Assembly (NCBI GenBank): GCA_038871515.1 | Contig: JAVZHX010000001.1 | Location: 477,697 to 541,696, forward strand | Source: Candidatus Micrarchaeia archaeon | Lineage (GTDB): Archaea; Micrarchaeota; Micrarchaeia; Burarchaeales; Fermentimicrarchaeaceae | Reading direction: 5' to 3' | Length of the DNA: 64,000 nucleotides | In this document: positions 10,719 to 22,437 of the stretch, piece by piece | How the letters are laid out: each line of letters starts with the position of its first letter | How positions within the stretch are numbered: the stretch's first letter is position 1 | The notes under the pieces: model-generated | Told to the model about the DNA's origin: nothing | Database searches by the model: none | What the model saw: the letters and a program-made list of their open reading frames with translations, nothing else | Made by a program: the position numbers and the translations under genes

Positions 10719-11339
10719 ATGAGAAAAATAAGGGTGGGAGTGCTCGCAAGTGGAAGGGGAAGCGACTTTCAGTCAATAGTTGATGGAGTTGAGAAAGGGG
10801 AGGTTAACGCAGATGTTGTCGTTCTAATTTCAGATAACCCGGAAGCAAAAGCACTTGAAAGAGCAAGAAAGCACCGAATACCTGCGTTCTGCATAAACCC
10901 AAAAGACTACTCTTCAAGGGAGGAGCATGACAGAGCAGTAAGGAAGAAGCTTGAGGAGTTCAAGGTTGATTTAATTGTGCTTGCAGGTTATATGAGGTTG
11001 ATAAAAGATAAGAAATTCCTCCAAGATTATAAAGGAAGAATAATAAACATACACCCTGCGCTTCTTCCAGCTTTTCCTGGCACACATGCGCAGAAGGATG
11101 CGTTTGAGTATGGAGTGAAAGTATCTGGCTACACTATTCACTTTGTTGATGAAACACCAGACGGCGGTCCAATAATACATCAGGAAGCAGTTGACATAAG
11201 CAATTGCAAAACTGCAGAGGAGGTGGCAGCAAAAATTCTGGAGAGAGAGCACGTTGGCTTGCCAAAAATAGTTGATTCATTTTCAAAAGGAAAATATATA
11301 ATAGAGGGAAGGAGGGTTAGGTACGTTCCCTATGAATGA
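10719..11339 (+). CDS. purN: Phosphoribosylglycinamide formyltransferase
   Basis: SGRGS, LAGYMRL, NIHPALLP, HFVD..DGGPII. Confidence 0.96.
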   Translation: MRKIRVGVLASGRGSDFQSIVDGVEKGEVNADVVVLISDNPEAKALERARKHRIPAFCINPKDYSSREEHDRAVRKKLEEFKVDLIVLAGYMRLIKDKKFLQDYKGRIINIHPALLPAFPGTHAQKDAFEYGVKVSGYTIHFVDETPDGGPIIHQEAVDISNCKTAEEVAAKILEREHVGLPKIVDSFSKGKYIIEGRRVRYVPYE

Positions 11340-11991
11340 ACAATACATACTTGGGGTCTATTTTCAAACAGCTCACATCCACTTTACCTGCGATGCTACT
11401 GAGCAGAGTGTTCACTGCAACGTATGAAATGCTTATTCCTACTGCAAATGAAACTCTTTCAAATGCAGTTATTGGCACAAGCGTAGCCCATACTTCGGCA
11501 GGTATGTTGAATGCGTAAAGGAATGCAGTTGCACCAATTGCATGCGCCGTGAAAGTTGCCCCAAGGCTCCTGAGGAAAAGATTCTCCTTCCATAGAGCAG
11601 CTGCAACGGGTATCAGCCAGAAGAAGGAGTAATACCATGCCTCTCTTCCAATTGGGTGAGTTATGAACAGCGCCATGCAGAGAAGTGGAATAATCACTCT
11701 GCTCCTGCTCTTGGAACCAAAGTAGAAAGCTGCAAACATCATTGGGGTGAACCTTATCAGCGTAATCAGTTCAAGCGCCTTGCCAGAAATTAAGAAATTG
11801 AGAATTTCAACGAATAAAACAGATAAAACTCCAAGAAGAGGGTTGAATATACCTGCCCCAATCGGACCGAGGAATTGGAAGAATGTGAAGTTCTGAGATG
11901 GAACCCCCAGTATTGTTGAGAATTTCAGTTGGTATGCAACCAAAGATAGAATTGTGAACAACCCAAGAAAAGCCAGTTTTCTCATGTTCAT
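11317..11991 (-). CDS. Polytopic membrane protein, possibly ECF S-component-like
   Basis: About 220 aa with about 6 hydrophobic segments; GGGGTG SD-like sequence 6 nt before the ATG at 11991. Function is inferred only. Confidence 0.6.
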   Translation of the reverse strand: MNMRKLAFLGLFTILSLVAYQLKFSTILGVPSQNFTFFQFLGPIGAGIFNPLLGVLSVLFVEILNFLISGKALELITLIRFTPMMFAAFYFGSKSRSRVIIPLLCMALFITHPIGREAWYYSFFWLIPVAAALWKENLFLRSLGATFTAHAIGATAFLYAFNIPAEVWATLVPITAFERVSFAVGISISYVAVNTLLSSIAGKVDVSCLKIDPKYVLFIHRERT

Positions 11992-12035
11992 CCAAAACAC
12001 CCCAAATAATTATTGAATGAAAAATATAAAATACC

Positions 12036-12872
12036 TCACTTTTTTGAAGCAACTCCCTCATAAATTCTCTTCATCTTCAACGCATCCACATCAAGCAGAG
12101 GGCTTTCAGAAATGATTGTTCCATCATACCCATTCTCAAATATAACTTCTGCGAGTGGTTTGAAGGGAGGAGAGTATTGCTCCCCTAAAATTAAGTGGTG
12201 CTTCTCTCCTTTTTCATTAAAAGCAACCTCGCTGAAATGGGAATGAAAGTTCTTCACCGCATCCTTGCCAAGTTTCCTCTCAACTTCATCAAAAATTTTC
12301 AAGTAATCCTCCTTCTTTTTCAAACTTCCCCCCTCCCTTGCGTGAATGTGAGCAAAATCAATAACCGGTTTTGTCATCTCAAGCGCAGAGGAAAGCTCAA
12401 TGTTCTCTGAAAGACTGCCAAACTGCGTCCCCTTCCCAGTTGTCTCCAAACCAAGCCAAACACCTTTTATTCCCTCCTGTTTCATTCTCTCTAAAGCTTC
12501 CTCCAAAGTTTTTTTCACAAGCTCCTTTGTCTCCTCAGCAGTTCTTCCCATATAGAAACCAGGGTGGAATACTATGATGCTTGCATTCATAACACGAGCA
12601 ACCCTTGCAGTCTCAATTATGTTTCTCAGCGTTGCCTCAATTTTCCTTCTCTCCCTAGCTGCGCAGTTTATCCAGTAAGGAGCGTGCGCGCTCAGAGAAA
12701 CTCCTTTTTCCTTTGCAACCTTCCTCGCTTCCTCCGCCATCTCCTTTTTCATTTTCACTCCTTTCACAAATTCGCATTCAAATGCATTCAGCCCTTCCTC
12801 CGCAACATACCTTATTGCTTCTGGAGTGCTTCCCTTGAAATCAAGCGGTATCCCTGCTGGCCCCCATCTCAT
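12036..12872 (-). CDS. nfo: Endonuclease IV-type TIM-barrel AP endonuclease
   Basis: GPAGIP, SAHAPYWIN, FHPG, LETTGK, DFAHIHAR, HSHFS, IISESP. Confidence 0.9.
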   Translation of the reverse strand: MRWGPAGIPLDFKGSTPEAIRYVAEEGLNAFECEFVKGVKMKKEMAEEARKVAKEKGVSLSAHAPYWINCAARERRKIEATLRNIIETARVARVMNASIIVFHPGFYMGRTAEETKELVKKTLEEALERMKQEGIKGVWLGLETTGKGTQFGSLSENIELSSALEMTKPVIDFAHIHAREGGSLKKKEDYLKIFDEVERKLGKDAVKNFHSHFSEVAFNEKGEKHHLILGEQYSPPFKPLAEVIFENGYDGTIISESPLLDVDALKMKRIYEGVASKK

Positions 12873-13438
12873 ACAAACACCAGAAACACCAGTATAAGCA
12901 TAATAACTGCCCAGAGAGGGAAATTCCATGCAATTACCTTGCTTCCATCCAGCGGTGGAATGGGAAGGAGGTTGAAGAATGCAAGGTAAAGGTTAATATA
13001 TGTGCCAAAAACAAGAAGCGACTGGGCAAGCATTTCTGCTCTTGGAGTTTCCTTTAAACTAATTCCAACTGAAAGAAAGAGGAAGAAAATGGCGAGAAGA
13101 AAGTTTGTAAGTGGGCCGGCAAGCGAGATTATTCCATTCTCCCTCCTGCTCAAATAATAGGAGTAGATGTAAACTGCCCCTGGCGCAGCAAAGAGAAACC
13201 TGCCGCCGCTTATTAAAGCAAACGCAAGCATGAAGAAAAGCCCTTCCGGCCATGCCCTGTAGAATGCTCTTGCTCCATAGTGATTTGCAACAAATCTGTG
13301 GGCGAGTTCATGCGCAACAAAACCAACTCCAACTGTGAGAAGGATTATTGGAAAGAAACCCATTCCATAACGTATTGAAAAAGCAATTGCAATTGCCAGA
13401 ACAGATACCACTATATCCTGAATTTCAACTGCTTGCAT
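12869..13438 (-). CDS. Site-2 protease (M50) membrane metalloprotease
   Basis: HELAH, AGP and NLLPIPPLDG motifs. Confidence 0.92.
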   Translation of the reverse strand: MQAVEIQDIVVSVLAIAIAFSIRYGMGFFPIILLTVGVGFVAHELAHRFVANHYGARAFYRAWPEGLFFMLAFALISGGRFLFAAPGAVYIYSYYLSRRENGIISLAGPLTNFLLAIFFLFLSVGISLKETPRAEMLAQSLLVFGTYINLYLAFFNLLPIPPLDGSKVIAWNFPLWAVIMLILVFLVFV

Positions 13439-13833
13439 CAAACAACCCTTATCTCCTTTCTGAGAAGCTTAACTTTTGCAGGGGTGAAAAAACCAGCGTA
13501 TGAAACAACAACCCCCTCCTCCTCACTTCCATCGTTGAACTCTATTTTTATAACCTCGCCAATTCTCCCGCTTGTCAAAGCAACTGCAGTTGAACTCATA
13601 AATGGAATTCTGAAAGGAAGCTTCTGCTCAGAGAGGACAACGCTCACCACATCCCCTTCCCTCACCCCTCGTATGTGTGGGTAGGCAAACGGCATAAGCA
13701 AGGAAAGCCCAAATGCAAGAGCAAGCAATTTCAGCAAAAAATACAAGTTGGCGTTTGGAGTTAAAGCAAACACTATCAAACTCAGCGCGGTGAATAGAAC
13801 GATTGATTTGAAAAAAACTCTTACGTCAACCAT
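13438..13833 (-). CDS. Two-TM membrane protein with FlgA-C-like beta domain
   Basis: Two TM helices followed by VREGDVVSVV...ALTSGRIGEVIKI...EGVV; coupled to the next gene by a TGATG overlap. Confidence 0.6.
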   Translation of the reverse strand: MVDVRVFFKSIVLFTALSLIVFALTPNANLYFLLKLLALAFGLSLLMPFAYPHIRGVREGDVVSVVLSEQKLPFRIPFMSSTAVALTSGRIGEVIKIEFNDGSEEEGVVVSYAGFFTPAKVKLLRKEIRVV

Positions 13834-13838
13834 CTAAT

Positions 13839-16749
<2,911 letters not shown>

Positions 16750-16753
<4 letters not shown>

Positions 16754-17133
16754 AGCATCCTCCTCGCATCCTCAATTATCTTTTTATGGTCAAACGCCAT
16801 CTCAGGCAACTCATTCAAATTAAACCATCTGGCTTCCTCTGCATCATCCCCTCCCCTTGCTTCTTTTGAAGTTGGTTTTGTGAGAAAAGCAATTGAAATT
16901 GTTCCCCTTGGATCTCTCTTTGGGTTTGAGTAAACGCCAATCAGCTTCACAATTCTCACTTTCATTCCAGTTTCCTCCATCGTTTCCCTCTCCACAGCTT
17001 CCTCAACAGTTTCACCTTCATCAACAAAACCGCCAGGGAGCGCCCACTTTCCCTTAAACGGCTTGAACTTTCTTTTTATTAAAAGAATTTTACCATCTTC
17101 CACTATAACCGAATCCACAGTTGTCGGCCTCAC
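16750..17133 (-). CDS. Nudix hydrolase (ADP-ribose pyrophosphatase-like)
   Basis: Nudix box GGFVDEGETVEEAVERETMEETG, RDPRG, AFDH. The likely start is the GTG at 17133 overlapping the topA stop (GTGA). Confidence 0.9.
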
Positions 17134-19145
17134 TTCCCCCACCCCTCCTTGCTTTTGCACTCCGGGTTTATGCACATCTGAAACACCTTTTTTCCATTCC
17201 TGACGAGTATCATGGGCAACCCACACACCTTGCAGTTCTTCTTCAATGGCTTAATTGTGCCCAACTGCGGTATTGGATAGCTCTGCGAGCATTTCGGATA
17301 GTTTGAGCAACCGCAGAATCTCTTCTTAGTTTTTTTTGAAGTGATTACTCTCAAATCACCACCGCACTTCGGGCATTTCCCAAGCACCTCTCTATCAAAC
17401 TGGGTGCTCTTCAAACCAACAACAAGCTCCCCCCCAATCTCCCTCTCCTTCATTTTAAAATCTCTCAAAATTTCAGAAAGTGTATTCCTCCCATCCTCAA
17501 TTACCCTGCTCTCCTCAATTTTCCCCTCCTGTATCCACTCCATCTCCATCTCAAGCTTCCTTGTAAGCTCCTCATCAAGTATCTCTGGGCAGTTTCTCTC
17601 AAGCGCATCGCAGACAGCCAAGCCAAAAGGAGTCACACGTATGTTCCTTTCGCTTATATAACCTCTCTTATACAGCGTATCCACAATCATGGAGCGAGTT
17701 CCCTTTGTCCCCAAACCCTTCTCCTCAAGCGTTTGAACAATTGAAGCGGGCGTATACCTCGCAGGTGGTTTTGTTTTTCCTTTTCTCACCTCAAATTTAT
17801 CCACTTCAACTTCCTCATTCTCTTTAAACATACTTAAATCAACTTCATCAAACTTAACATACGGCTTGTAAAAATCAACCCACCCCTCTCTCACAACTCT
17901 CCCTCCTTCTGCTGAATACCTCTCGCTGCCGAGCAGAAGCGTTACTTTCATCTTCTCTCTCACAGCATTCTCAGCAAAGCAGGCAAGAAACCTCCTTGCA
18001 ATCAAATCATAAACCTTCATCTGCATCTCGGATAGCTTGCCTGGAAGAACTCCTGTCACAAATATAGCTGGATGAGCAGGGTCATCCTTAACTCCCTGTC
18101 GCGGTGTGAACCTTCCTTTTTCAATCAGCTCATTTGCAAGCTTCTCATAAACTGGGTTTTTGGAAACTCTATTTATAATTTTCGGAAGGTTCAGTTTCGC
18201 AGGCAGCTTCTGGGAGGATGTTCTTGGGTATGAAATCAAACCAGCCTCATATAATGACTGGGCAATCTCCTGAGTTTGGGAGGGAGATAAGCCAAACCAC
18301 CTGTACGCTTCAATTTGCAGTGAAGTTAAATCAAATGGAGGGTGAGGTGGTTGCTCAAACTTGCTTCTGTCAACTTTCTCAACAACTCCCTCCCTCTCGC
18401 TTCTCTTTCTCGCTTCAACTGCCTCCTCTCTTTTTAAGAACTTTCCTTTCTCGTGGCAGAACTTCACCCCACTGCAAAATGCGAAAACCTGCCAGAATAG
18501 AACTGGGGTGAAGGAGGCAATCTCCCTCTCCCTTATACTCAGTATTTTCAGAGTTGGGCCCTGAACTCTGCCTATGCTCATAACTCTGCTTACCCCGTTT
18601 CTTCTCAGCGCGCTCATCAAACCTCTTGAAAGATTTATTCCCCATAACCAGTCAATTATGCTTCTTGCTTCCCCCGCGTATGCATTATTGTAATCCAGCT
18701 CCCCCCTAGTATCATATGCCTCAGCCAGCTCCTCCTCAGTAAGCGTTGAGAACTTCATTCTCTTCCCATTTTTGCTGTTGCATGCGAAGCGTATGATGTT
18801 GTAGCCAATTATGCTTCCCTCCGTGTCAAAGTCGCATGAGTTAACAAACTCATCTGCTTTGCTTGAAAGAAACTTTATCGCATCAAGATACTTTTTCGTG
18901 TAATAAGCGCTTCTTTCAACTCTGTATGAAGGAACCCACTCAACTTCAAAGACAGGGTAGCCTCCTCCGTTTTTTTCTTTCAATGTGTATATATGCCCAA
19001 CAGTTGGGGCAACATATATCCTCTCTCCTTTCCTCTCCACTTCATAGTAAACAACTCCATTAAAAACTCTTCTCTTAGCCTCGCCAAGCGCACCTGCAAC
19101 CCTCTCAGCAACGCGTGGCTTCTCGCATATCACAAGCACAGCCAT
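17130..19145 (-). CDS. topA: DNA topoisomerase IA with C-terminal Zn ribbons
   Basis: EKP, D.D.EG Toprim motif, SIGRVQGPTL, ISYPRT (catalytic Tyr), AHPAI, GLGT, CPKC..CSNYPKC. Confidence 0.96.
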   Translation of the reverse strand: MAVLVICEKPRVAERVAGALGEAKRRVFNGVVYYEVERKGERIYVAPTVGHIYTLKEKNGGGYPVFEVEWVPSYRVERSAYYTKKYLDAIKFLSSKADEFVNSCDFDTEGSIIGYNIIRFACNSKNGKRMKFSTLTEEELAEAYDTRGELDYNNAYAGEARSIIDWLWGINLSRGLMSALRRNGVSRVMSIGRVQGPTLKILSIREREIASFTPVLFWQVFAFCSGVKFCHEKGKFLKREEAVEARKRSEREGVVEKVDRSKFEQPPHPPFDLTSLQIEAYRWFGLSPSQTQEIAQSLYEAGLISYPRTSSQKLPAKLNLPKIINRVSKNPVYEKLANELIEKGRFTPRQGVKDDPAHPAIFVTGVLPGKLSEMQMKVYDLIARRFLACFAENAVREKMKVTLLLGSERYSAEGGRVVREGWVDFYKPYVKFDEVDLSMFKENEEVEVDKFEVRKGKTKPPARYTPASIVQTLEEKGLGTKGTRSMIVDTLYKRGYISERNIRVTPFGLAVCDALERNCPEILDEELTRKLEMEMEWIQEGKIEESRVIEDGRNTLSEILRDFKMKEREIGGELVVGLKSTQFDREVLGKCPKCGGDLRVITSKKTKKRFCGCSNYPKCSQSYPIPQLGTIKPLKKNCKVCGLPMILVRNGKKVFQMCINPECKSKEGWGK

Positions 19146-19153
19146 TCAAGCAC

Positions 19154-20026
19154 CTATCCCTGCTCCCACATCTTCTCAAATTCACTTAAATACCTATCAA
19201 CAACTTTCAACTCATACGTTCTCATCCCAAGCTCTATATTTCTTTCCAGGCTTGTTTTTGTGAGGTTAGCAGAAGTGAAAAGCACCTCCACCTCATCAAC
19301 AATCAAAAACTTCGCATGGATAACTGAGTTGAGTTTAACAGGTATACCTGAGTTTTGAAGTCTCTCCACCATTGCCCCATGCGAGGCATCCTCCTCCAGC
19401 GCAGGCCTGCAGATAACTCTGACATCCAGCTCCTTCCTCTTCATTTCCTCAAGTTTTTCAAGTATTGCATCCACCCCCCATATCCATGGCGATACGAGAA
19501 AAACGCTTCTCTCAGCAAAATCAAGCATCTCAAGTATGCTGCTTTTAATTTTTTCTGGCTCCAGTATCTCGCTTCTGCTCCTCCCAGAAGAGTAGCATGC
19601 AGCAAGCCTCAAAGCTCTTCTGTAACCCCTTTCAATAACTCTCTCAACCAACCCAAGTGTTTGCTCCCTGTATCTTTCTTTTGCTTTCACAAATGACTCA
19701 TAAAGAACTCTCTCATCAAGCGTAAGTCTATCACTCCTTAACTCGCCAGTTTTCAGCGCCTCAAGGTTCTTCTCATCCCTCAGTTTATAAACTTCATTTA
19801 TCTTTTTCAAATCAGGCTCAATTCTCTCCTCAAGCATATCCTTTACGTTGTTCTCCTCAATTGTTGCTCCTTTCAGCAGAAGCCCTTCCTCCTCCTCAAG
19901 AATTTTTTTAATTTCCTCCCTCATGTGCTCTGCCATCTCCCTGTAAAACCCATTCTCCAACCTCTCCAAATTCCTCGTTTCCTTCTCCCCGCTCCAAACT
20001 TTGAACAGCTTTTCCTTTGGCTCCAC
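19154..20026 (-). CDS. GINS51 A-domain-like helical domain fused to a PLD-superfamily (single HKD) nuclease-like domain
   Basis: The N-terminus (KL..VW..EK....L..LENGFY...KLRDEK...LTLDERVLYE) follows the Gins51 pattern. The C-terminus has VSPWI and HAKFLIVD...TSANLT...NIELG. Confidence 0.7.
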   Translation of the reverse strand: MEPKEKLFKVWSGEKETRNLERLENGFYREMAEHMREEIKKILEEEEGLLLKGATIEENNVKDMLEERIEPDLKKINEVYKLRDEKNLEALKTGELRSDRLTLDERVLYESFVKAKERYREQTLGLVERVIERGYRRALRLAACYSSGRSRSEILEPEKIKSSILEMLDFAERSVFLVSPWIWGVDAILEKLEEMKRKELDVRVICRPALEEDASHGAMVERLQNSGIPVKLNSVIHAKFLIVDEVEVLFTSANLTKTSLERNIELGMRTYELKVVDRYLSEFEKMWEQG

Positions 20027-20062
20027 AATAATTAATTAAAAGGTTTGTGAATAAAAAGCAAT

Positions 20063-21679
20063 ATGCAGACTTCTTCAAGGAAAAAGGAAAGAAAATACAT
20101 CATCATACTCGGTTCTTTGATGAGTGGTTTGGGGAAGGGGATAGTCACTGCTTCAATTGGAAAGGAGCTCCAGTCAAAAGGCTTCAGAGTTGTGCCAATA
20201 AAGTTTGATGGTTACTTGAATGTTGACTGCGGGACGATGAACCCCTATAGACACGGTGAAGTGTTTGTTTTGGATGATGGCGCTGAGTGCGATATGGATT
20301 TGGGAACGTATGAGAGATTTTTGAATGTTGATTTGAAGTGGGATAATAATATAACGGGAGGAAAGATATTTCGTTTGATAATTGAAAAGGAGAGAAAGGG
20401 AGGTTACCTTGGTTATGATGTTCAGATTGTTCCTCATTTAACAGATGAGATAAAGAATTGGGTTAAAAGGGTTGGAGATGATTTCAACGCGGATATTGTT
20501 TTAATTGAGGTTGGGGGAACTGTTGGTGATTTGGAAAACTCATACTTCATTGAAGCGATGAGACAGCTTGCGCTTGAGCATAAAAACAATGCAATGTTCA
20601 TTCAGGTTACCTACATTCCCTTTCTTGAATCGGTTGGGGAGCAGAAAACAAAGCCAACCCAGCATGCCACAAGGTTGCTTCAGAGCATGGGAGTCCAGCC
20701 AGATGTGATAATTTGCAGAGGGGTAGGGAAACTCACTCCTGAAGCAAGGAGGAAAATAGCGCTGTTCTGCAATGTTCCTGAGGATTGCGTGATAACTGAC
20801 CCAGATACGCAGACAATCTACGAAGTTCCATTGCTTTTTGAGGAGCAGGGGCTTGGGAAGTTAATAATGAGAAAACTCTCTTTGAAACTGGAGAGAAATG
20901 ATTTGAAAAGCTGGGAAGCGCTTGTGAGGAAAATAAAAAATCCTCAAAAAACAATTACTGTAGGAATAACCGGCAAGTACACTGCTTTGAAGGATGCGTA
21001 TGTGAGTATAAAGGAAGCGCTTGTTCACTCAGGAGCGCATAACAACTGCAGGGTGAATATAAAGTGGATTGAAGCAACAGAAATTGAGGAGGGAATGCAG
21101 AGTGTTGATGTTCTGAAAAATTGTGATGGGATAATAGTACCTGGTGGTTTTGGGGAGAGGGGAATGGAAGGTAAAATTCAGTGCATAAAATACACAAGGG
21201 AGAACAACATACCCTTCTTAGGTTTATGTTTGGGAATGCAGCTTGCTGTTGTTGAGTTCGCAAGAAACGTATGTGGTTTAAAAGGAGCGAATACCACAGA
21301 GGCAGAGCCAAACGCAAAGCACCCGGTTGTTGATTTGTTGCCTGAGCAGAAGAGAATTTCATACAAAGGAGCAACGATGAGGTTAGGCGGGCATGATGTT
21401 CTAATAAAGAAGGGGACGCTTGCGCATAAACTCTATGGAAGCACAAAAGCAAGGGAGCGCTTCAGGCACAGATGGGAGATAAATGAAAAATATGTTGAAA
21501 TTATTGAGAAAAATGGATTGGTTTTCTCAGGAAAAGCAGTTGATGAGAACGTGATGCAGATTGCTGAGCTGCCAAACCACAAATTCTTCATTGGAACCCA
21601 ATTCCACCCAGAGTTCACCTCACGTTTGGAGAAGCCCAACCCACTTTTCAACGGGTTTGTAAAAGCATGCATGAAATAG
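20063..21679 (+). CDS. pyrG: CTP synthase
   Basis: SGLGKG, GTMNPYRHGEVFV, KTKPTQH, GLCLGMQ, QFHPEF. Confidence 0.97.
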   Translation: MQTSSRKKERKYIIILGSLMSGLGKGIVTASIGKELQSKGFRVVPIKFDGYLNVDCGTMNPYRHGEVFVLDDGAECDMDLGTYERFLNVDLKWDNNITGGKIFRLIIEKERKGGYLGYDVQIVPHLTDEIKNWVKRVGDDFNADIVLIEVGGTVGDLENSYFIEAMRQLALEHKNNAMFIQVTYIPFLESVGEQKTKPTQHATRLLQSMGVQPDVIICRGVGKLTPEARRKIALFCNVPEDCVITDPDTQTIYEVPLLFEEQGLGKLIMRKLSLKLERNDLKSWEALVRKIKNPQKTITVGITGKYTALKDAYVSIKEALVHSGAHNNCRVNIKWIEATEIEEGMQSVDVLKNCDGIIVPGGFGERGMEGKIQCIKYTRENNIPFLGLCLGMQLAVVEFARNVCGLKGANTTEAEPNAKHPVVDLLPEQKRISYKGATMRLGGHDVLIKKGTLAHKLYGSTKARERFRHRWEINEKYVEIIEKNGLVFSGKAVDENVMQIAELPNHKFFIGTQFHPEFTSRLEKPNPLFNGFVKACMK

Positions 21680-22249
21680 CTACTTATCCTTCTTCTTAAT
21701 AACACATATCTCTCCCAAATCAACCTTCCCATCACTTTCTTTCTGAAGGAAAGGCTCCACCTCCTTTCTCCTCTCCTCCTCCACCTTTCTCTTCAATTCA
21801 AGAAGCTTGCTCTCCTTTGCGGCTTTTTTCTTCTCCTTCACTTTTTCTTTCAAAGCACTCCTTAACTCATTTACTTTTTTCTCAAGCTCTGCAACCTGCT
21901 CCCCAGCCTTCCTCATATCATCCTCAATGAATTTCAAGCGTCTTGCCATCCTCTCAATTTCAACTGCTTCCTTCAGCTTCCTCTCCCACTCCTTAACCTC
22001 CTTAACAAGCTCCCTCTCCTGCTGAAGGGTGCGTGCCTCTGTTGAGATGATGAACTCCAAACGATTTATCCTTTTTCTTATTTCCCTCACTGGAGGAAGG
22101 TTTGTTTCGCTTCTTTTCTTCTCAAGCATCTCCTTCAGCGCTTTTCCCTCATACATTTTATACTTATACCTTCTGTCTGCTTCCTTCAGCTTCTCAAGCA
22201 GCTCCGCTTTCTGCTTCTCCAACGCCTCCCTTGAAGTTTCCTCCTCCAT
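21680..22249 (-). CDS. Archaeal coiled-coil protein (COG1340-like)
   Basis: RINRLEFIISTEARTLQQERELVKEVKEWE signature and E/K-rich composition; ATG at 22249 with an upstream TATA-like box. Confidence 0.65.
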   Translation of the reverse strand: MEEETSREALEKQKAELLEKLKEADRRYKYKMYEGKALKEMLEKKRSETNLPPVREIRKRINRLEFIISTEARTLQQERELVKEVKEWERKLKEAVEIERMARRLKFIEDDMRKAGEQVAELEKKVNELRSALKEKVKEKKKAAKESKLLELKRKVEEERRKEVEPFLQKESDGKVDLGEICVIKKKDK

Positions 22250-22299
22250 CCAACCCCTCGAAACGAAAGCTTTATATTGGGATATAAATATAATAAAAT

Positions 22300-22390
22300 G
22301 TTGCTTCTGCGTCTTCTCTGATACTGCCGAAAGGCAGCAAAACTGGTCGCCTTGCCAGCGCATGACGCGCTGGCCTATTTTTACGGGTTT
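22300..22390. ncRNA. Candidate structured non-coding RNA or regulatory element
   Basis: GC-rich island between AT-rich boxes with two hairpins: CTGCC-GAAA-GGCAG (22324-22337) and GCCAGCGC-ATGAC-GCGCTGGC (22354-22374). Confidence 0.35.
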
Positions 22391-22437
22391 AGCTTTTTCT
22401 CGTTGTGCTTATATTTATTCCTATCTTTAATAACTTC

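Noticed and set aside
22316..22345. Hammerhead-like CTGA...GAAA arrangement
   Set aside because: The core would need CUGANGA and a GAAA after stem II; the sequence has CUGAUAC and CAAAA.
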